From Candidatus Levyibacteriota bacterium (lineage in GTDB: Bacteria; Patescibacteriota; Microgenomatia; Levybacterales; UBA12049): a stretch of 64,000 nt of DNA. The notes below the pieces were generated by a model, which made no database searches, had not been told where the DNA came from, and saw nothing but the letters and a program-made list of their open reading frames with translations. Both the position numbers and the translations under genes were made by a program. The DNA is taken from positions 136,203 to 200,202 of the forward strand of contig JBPOIT010000009.1 in assembly GCA_052034235.1 (NCBI GenBank), given 5' to 3'. Positions 60,586 through 64,000 of this stretch are shown here, piece by piece. How positions within the stretch are numbered: the stretch's first letter is position 1; each line of letters opens with the position of its first letter.

Positions 60586-61071
60586 ATGGCAGAAGTAGCA
60601 CAACCAAAAACAGCAAATAGTAGAAAGAACGCAAAGCGGGATTATATCTTCGCAGTTGGTCGACGCAAGTCAGCAGTTGCACGTGTCAGACTGCATGAGA
60701 AGGTCAAGGACGGACTCGTTTGGGGCGAATTAACTGTTAAGAAAGGTGATATTCTCGTTAACATGAAACCAATTGCTGATTACTTCCCAAGCGACGTTGA
60801 ACGCCATCTCTACACTGAACCACTTCGAATAACCAACGCTCATCAGCAAAACTATGCATTTACCATCAAAGTAGCTGGTGGAGGTCCTGCAGGTCAGCTT
60901 GATGCGACAATCGCAGGTATTTCAAATGCGCTTAACAAATTAGATCCAGAACAATATCGTTCTATCCTCAAGAAAAAAGGCATGCTTACCAGAGATGCCA
61001 GAGTTCGCCAACGCCGCAAAGTCGGTACAGGTGGTAAATCCAGACGCCAAAAACAATCACCAAAGCGTTAA
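60586..61071 (+). CDS. rpsI: 30S ribosomal protein S9
   Basis: 161 aa, ends RRQKQSPKR. Confidence 0.93.
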   Translation: MAEVAQPKTANSRKNAKRDYIFAVGRRKSAVARVRLHEKVKDGLVWGELTVKKGDILVNMKPIADYFPSDVERHLYTEPLRITNAHQQNYAFTIKVAGGGPAGQLDATIAGISNALNKLDPEQYRSILKKKGMLTRDARVRQRRKVGTGGKSRRQKQSPKR

Positions 61072-61108
61072 TCGTACGTCTCATCTTTGTTGCCCCAAAG
61101 TACTCAGC

Positions 61109-61663
61109 ATGAACTTCGAATTAAAATTTCATTCAGAACTACTTCCAGGAGAAAAGTTTCTTTGGACAGGCCAACCCGACCCAAATATCTTTTTTACAAA
61201 AGGTGATATTTTTCTTATTCCATTTAGTCTTCTCTGGGGTGGATCGTTTATCTCAACGCTTGGTTCTTCGTTCCCAATGAATGGCGAATTTTCTATTTTT
61301 AGTCTTGTCTCAGTGGTGTTTAGCGTTGTAGGCGCGTATATGATTTTTGGAAGATTTATATATAAGTATCTGAAAAAAAAGAATACGTATTATGCAGTAA
61401 CCAGTGAGCGAGTGCTAATTCTTACTGAATTATTTGGAAGAAGTGTGCTAGCAATCAATGCGAAGTCACTTTCAGCTATTAACAAAACTGGAAATGGCAA
61501 TGGCATAGGTTCAATACTTTTTGGAGAACAGAACCAACAATCTTCAATGACAGGCAATATGGGCATGGACCTATTAGGATATGCTAATTCGCAAGCATTT
61601 TTTGATATTCACAATGTTGATGATGTGTATGGAAAGATAAACCGCTTAAAGAATGCAATCTGA
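61109..61663 (+). CDS. small membrane protein (2 TM), unknown function
   Basis: Internal ATG at 61109 (MNFELKF...) used; the ORF-track start 60995 overlaps rpsI. Confidence 0.45.
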   Translation: MNFELKFHSELLPGEKFLWTGQPDPNIFFTKGDIFLIPFSLLWGGSFISTLGSSFPMNGEFSIFSLVSVVFSVVGAYMIFGRFIYKYLKKKNTYYAVTSERVLILTELFGRSVLAINAKSLSAINKTGNGNGIGSILFGEQNQQSSMTGNMGMDLLGYANSQAFFDIHNVDDVYGKINRLKNAI

Positions 61664-61690
61664 TGCAAACAACTTTCCTCTGATTTTCAC

Positions 61691-62332
61691 TTATATCTCT
61701 ATGGCGTTTCCTGTTTCGAGGGGGTGGAAGATTATTTGGTTTTTGGTGAAGAAATCCTCAAGCCTGATGTAGAGGGCTTTTCTTACTTCGTCTTTTAACA
61801 TCCAGTCGTGAATTGGGATAATTTCCTTTGGTTTCAGCCTGAGTGCAAGTTCGACTGCTTCTCGTGTATTTCCCCAAGGAGCTTGTATCGGGAGTGCAAG
61901 AACATCCGTTGCGGTTTCAAAATGATGAGAATCTCCAGGATGTGTGAGTTTATTAAAAACCTGAAAAACGATATTCTGAGGAGTCGCTTTGTCCCACAAT
62001 TTTTCATGGCCAACTTCTTCAAATTGAATTCTCAAATCCGCAGGCAGACTTGAAAGGTCAGTATGAACGCGTATGTGTTTTTCTCTGAGAATCTCCGAAA
62101 CAGATGGATTGCTGATTATTTGAACTTGTGGGAATTTTTCAATCAGTTCCTGAATAAAGGGAAGAGACATATGATCAGGATGTTCGTGAGTGATGAGAAT
62201 ATAGTCAAGTTTGGCAATAGAATCAGTGGTAAGGGCATTCTCCTGATAGGTGTAGATACCTGGGTCGATAAGAACGGTTGTTTGTAGTTCTTTGACTAAA
62301 AGGCAGGAATGGAGGTGTTTGGATACAATCAT
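61691..62332 (-). CDS. MBL-fold metallo-hydrolase
   Basis: 213 aa; THEHPDH motif. Confidence 0.7.
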   Translation of the reverse strand: MIVSKHLHSCLLVKELQTTVLIDPGIYTYQENALTTDSIAKLDYILITHEHPDHMSLPFIQELIEKFPQVQIISNPSVSEILREKHIRVHTDLSSLPADLRIQFEEVGHEKLWDKATPQNIVFQVFNKLTHPGDSHHFETATDVLALPIQAPWGNTREAVELALRLKPKEIIPIHDWMLKDEVRKALYIRLEDFFTKNQIIFHPLETGNAIEI

Positions 62333-62338
62333 TTCGGA

Positions 62339-63514
62339 TTAACTTTTTTTAGAAGCAGCACTCGTTTTACTGACAAGTTTTTGTCCTGAGGTAAGATGTA
62401 CCAGTCCATAGAGAAGTGCTCCTGTTGAAACACAAAATGCGATTGCAACAGCGATCCAGCCAAGAATTGGCACCAGCATGACGATAAAGACGATGATTGG
62501 ACCGATAACGCCTGCTTTCCAATCAAGTGTGTAGGTCCTGTTATAACGGCTTTCCCACCAGCGCATAACGAACCATCCAACAAAAATTTTGGTTAGGTAA
62601 ATACTCGCAAGCAGCAGTAATCCGTACATGAGCCAAGCCGCAACACCGAGCCAGATAAGGATGAAAAGAATCATTGCAACGATAGGAAAGAGCATAATAA
62701 AGCCGAAACCGATCGCACCGCTTTCAACAGGTTTTTCTTTCATGCGGGAGAAGACAAACATGAGTGCCCGTCCCAGGAAGTAAATCAGCAGGATGCTTAT
62801 GATAATATCCGCTATAAGTTTATAAATTGAACCACCTGTTATGAGTTGGTCTTTGTTGGCCTCATGTCTTTCTGACTTTTCAATCGGGGTATAATTGGTA
62901 CTGCCTTGTACAACAGCACTATTTGCGATTTGTGCTTTCTCTTCAGATTTATAAGAAAGGTTGCCTTTAATTCTCGCATTTGGTCCGAGGGTGAGTTTCT
63001 CTACCTCTCCTTCAACATTGCCGTCGATAGCGCTATTGAGGGTGACATCTCCACCATAAATCACAACTTTTCCTTTGACAGGTGCTTCAAGTGTGAGTTT
63101 GCCGCCTGCAAAAATAAGATCCTGACCGATACTGGCATTATTTGAAACTGTGATCGTACCTCCTGCAACAATGAGATCTCGGGTTATCTTACTGTCAATT
63201 CTGATATTGCCGCCCGCAGTTCTCACCGTATTTCCAATTGTTCCACCTAAGGTTATATCTCCGCCGCCAGCCATCACACTTCCCGAAACATCTTCATCAA
63301 GGGTTATGTCTCCGCCGCCGAGGACTACGTCATTTTGAATAGGAGCGTTAACTTTGATATTGCCTCCAAAGAGATACATATCTTTAAGGTTGGGAGTTCC
63401 TTCGGTGATAATGACATCTTCGCCTGTTCTGAAGTCAGCTGCAAAAACAGACTGAAACCCGGCGGAGCCGAGAAAAACGAGGCAGCTGAGAATGAGTACT
63501 GTCAGCTTTTTCAT
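62339..63514 (-). CDS. secreted beta-helix repeat protein (DUF4097/LiaG-like GGxI repeats) with a C-terminal multi-TM region
   Basis: Signal peptide MKKLTVLILSCLVFLGSAGFQSVFA; repeated GG(D/N)I(T/R)L units; 4 hydrophobic helices at the C-terminus. Confidence 0.5.
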   Translation of the reverse strand: MKKLTVLILSCLVFLGSAGFQSVFAADFRTGEDVIITEGTPNLKDMYLFGGNIKVNAPIQNDVVLGGGDITLDEDVSGSVMAGGGDITLGGTIGNTVRTAGGNIRIDSKITRDLIVAGGTITVSNNASIGQDLIFAGGKLTLEAPVKGKVVIYGGDVTLNSAIDGNVEGEVEKLTLGPNARIKGNLSYKSEEKAQIANSAVVQGSTNYTPIEKSERHEANKDQLITGGSIYKLIADIIISILLIYFLGRALMFVFSRMKEKPVESGAIGFGFIMLFPIVAMILFILIWLGVAAWLMYGLLLLASIYLTKIFVGWFVMRWWESRYNRTYTLDWKAGVIGPIIVFIVMLVPILGWIAVAIAFCVSTGALLYGLVHLTSGQKLVSKTSAASKKS

Positions 63515-63556
63515 AAACTTATTGTATACCTTATCCTACTTAAAATGCAAAAGCTT

Positions 63557-64000
63557 TTATAACGCCAACAATTTTTCATGCGTCTTTCCAATGCGAGAAA
63601 GTTCTTTTGTAATTTCCTCAGGTTGGAGTTTGGAAAGATCAATGCCTTCTGCAAGTCTCAAGACAAGAAGACCTTGGATAATCTCTTGTGCGCGGAGGGC
63701 TTCTTTCTTCCATAGATTTGCAACTGCGTAGGTGATCGGCTGCAGGGGATGATGACTGTAGGTTAGGACGATGCGAGCGAGAAAAAAGTTTGACTGGACA
63801 ACAACATCAGTCATTTCTTCAAGGAGAATCGTTGTGACGGTTTCTGACGCAAAAAAGTTTTTATCGATAATTGTTATTTTGTTTGCATCAATTGTTATAA
63901 CGCTTGGGAAAAAGTCGAAAGGAAAAACAGCTGTCAGTTTTATAAGGAGATTGTTCGATCGTAAAACAATTTCATCTACTTTTTGAGCAGCATTATCTTT
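63557..64000 (-). CDS. partial CDS (5' end outside the window), hypothetical
   Basis: Minus-strand frame open from the window edge to a stop at 63557 (…LSRIGKTHEKLLAL*). Confidence 0.35.
   Translation of the reverse strand, partial: KDNAAQKVDEIVLRSNNLLIKLTAVFPFDFFPSVITIDANKITIIDKNFFASETVTTILLEEMTDVVVQSNFFLARIVLTYSHHPLQPITYAVANLWKKEALRAQEIIQGLLVLRLAEGIDLSKLQPEEITKELSRIGKTHEKLLAL

Noticed and set aside
1-64000. Alternative genetic code (UGA recoding as in some CPR lineages)
   Set aside because: All conserved genes (r-proteins, EF-Tu, EF-G, SecY, RpoA) are intact at expected lengths under the standard code.
1-64000. CRISPR arrays, rRNA genes or canonical tRNA genes
   Set aside because: No regularly spaced direct repeats, no 16S/23S/5S-like conserved blocks and no tRNA-like cloverleaf besides the tRNA-like ends of the tmRNA were seen in intergenic regions.

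Overview
Low-GC (~38%) bacterial chromosomal segment, read under the standard genetic code because the conserved genes are intact at their expected lengths. The repertoire suggests a small-genome, CPR/Patescibacteria-like organism. The evidence is a ribosomal super-operon with no L30 gene, a zinc-type S14, cmk inserted between adk and map, many GT-C membrane glycosyltransferase paralogs, type IV pilus PilN/PilO genes and few Shine-Dalgarno sequences. This taxonomic call is an inference. The 5' end holds smpB and an unannotated tmRNA (ssrA). The ssrA 3' end is overlapped antisense by a large serine recombinase gene. That gene marks the left edge of a putative ~7-8.5 kb integrated island, coordinates ~1085-8400 with the right boundary uncertain. 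The island cargo looks defence or addiction-like. It holds a tightly coupled three-gene operon of unknown proteins behind a strong promoter, a divergent XRE regulator and membrane protein pair, a standalone HslV-like Ntn-hydrolase with a C-terminal extension that is tightly coupled to a Panacea (PanA)-like domain protein, and a wHTH-GHKL ATPase-STAS-like protein with a palindromic operator in its promoter. Region 9.8-34 kb is a cell-envelope glycosylation locus. It holds an acyltransferase-3, tandem GT-C paralogs, a DMT transporter, a UvrD-like helicase, tpiA, an LCP protein, a YYY/DUF2298 protein, HAD and epimerase genes, GT39/PMT-like proteins and a UGM-like flavoprotein. Region 34-37 kb holds an Fn3 surface protein with pilO and pilN. 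Region 37-61 kb holds fusA, a 3-kb envelope-gene insert (PIG-L deacetylase, ICMT-like methyltransferase, GH18), tuf, then rpsJ through rpsI including secY, adk, cmk, map, infA, rpmJ and rpoA. The window ends with an MBL hydrolase and a beta-helix repeat membrane protein. No rRNA, CRISPR array or canonical tRNA was seen.
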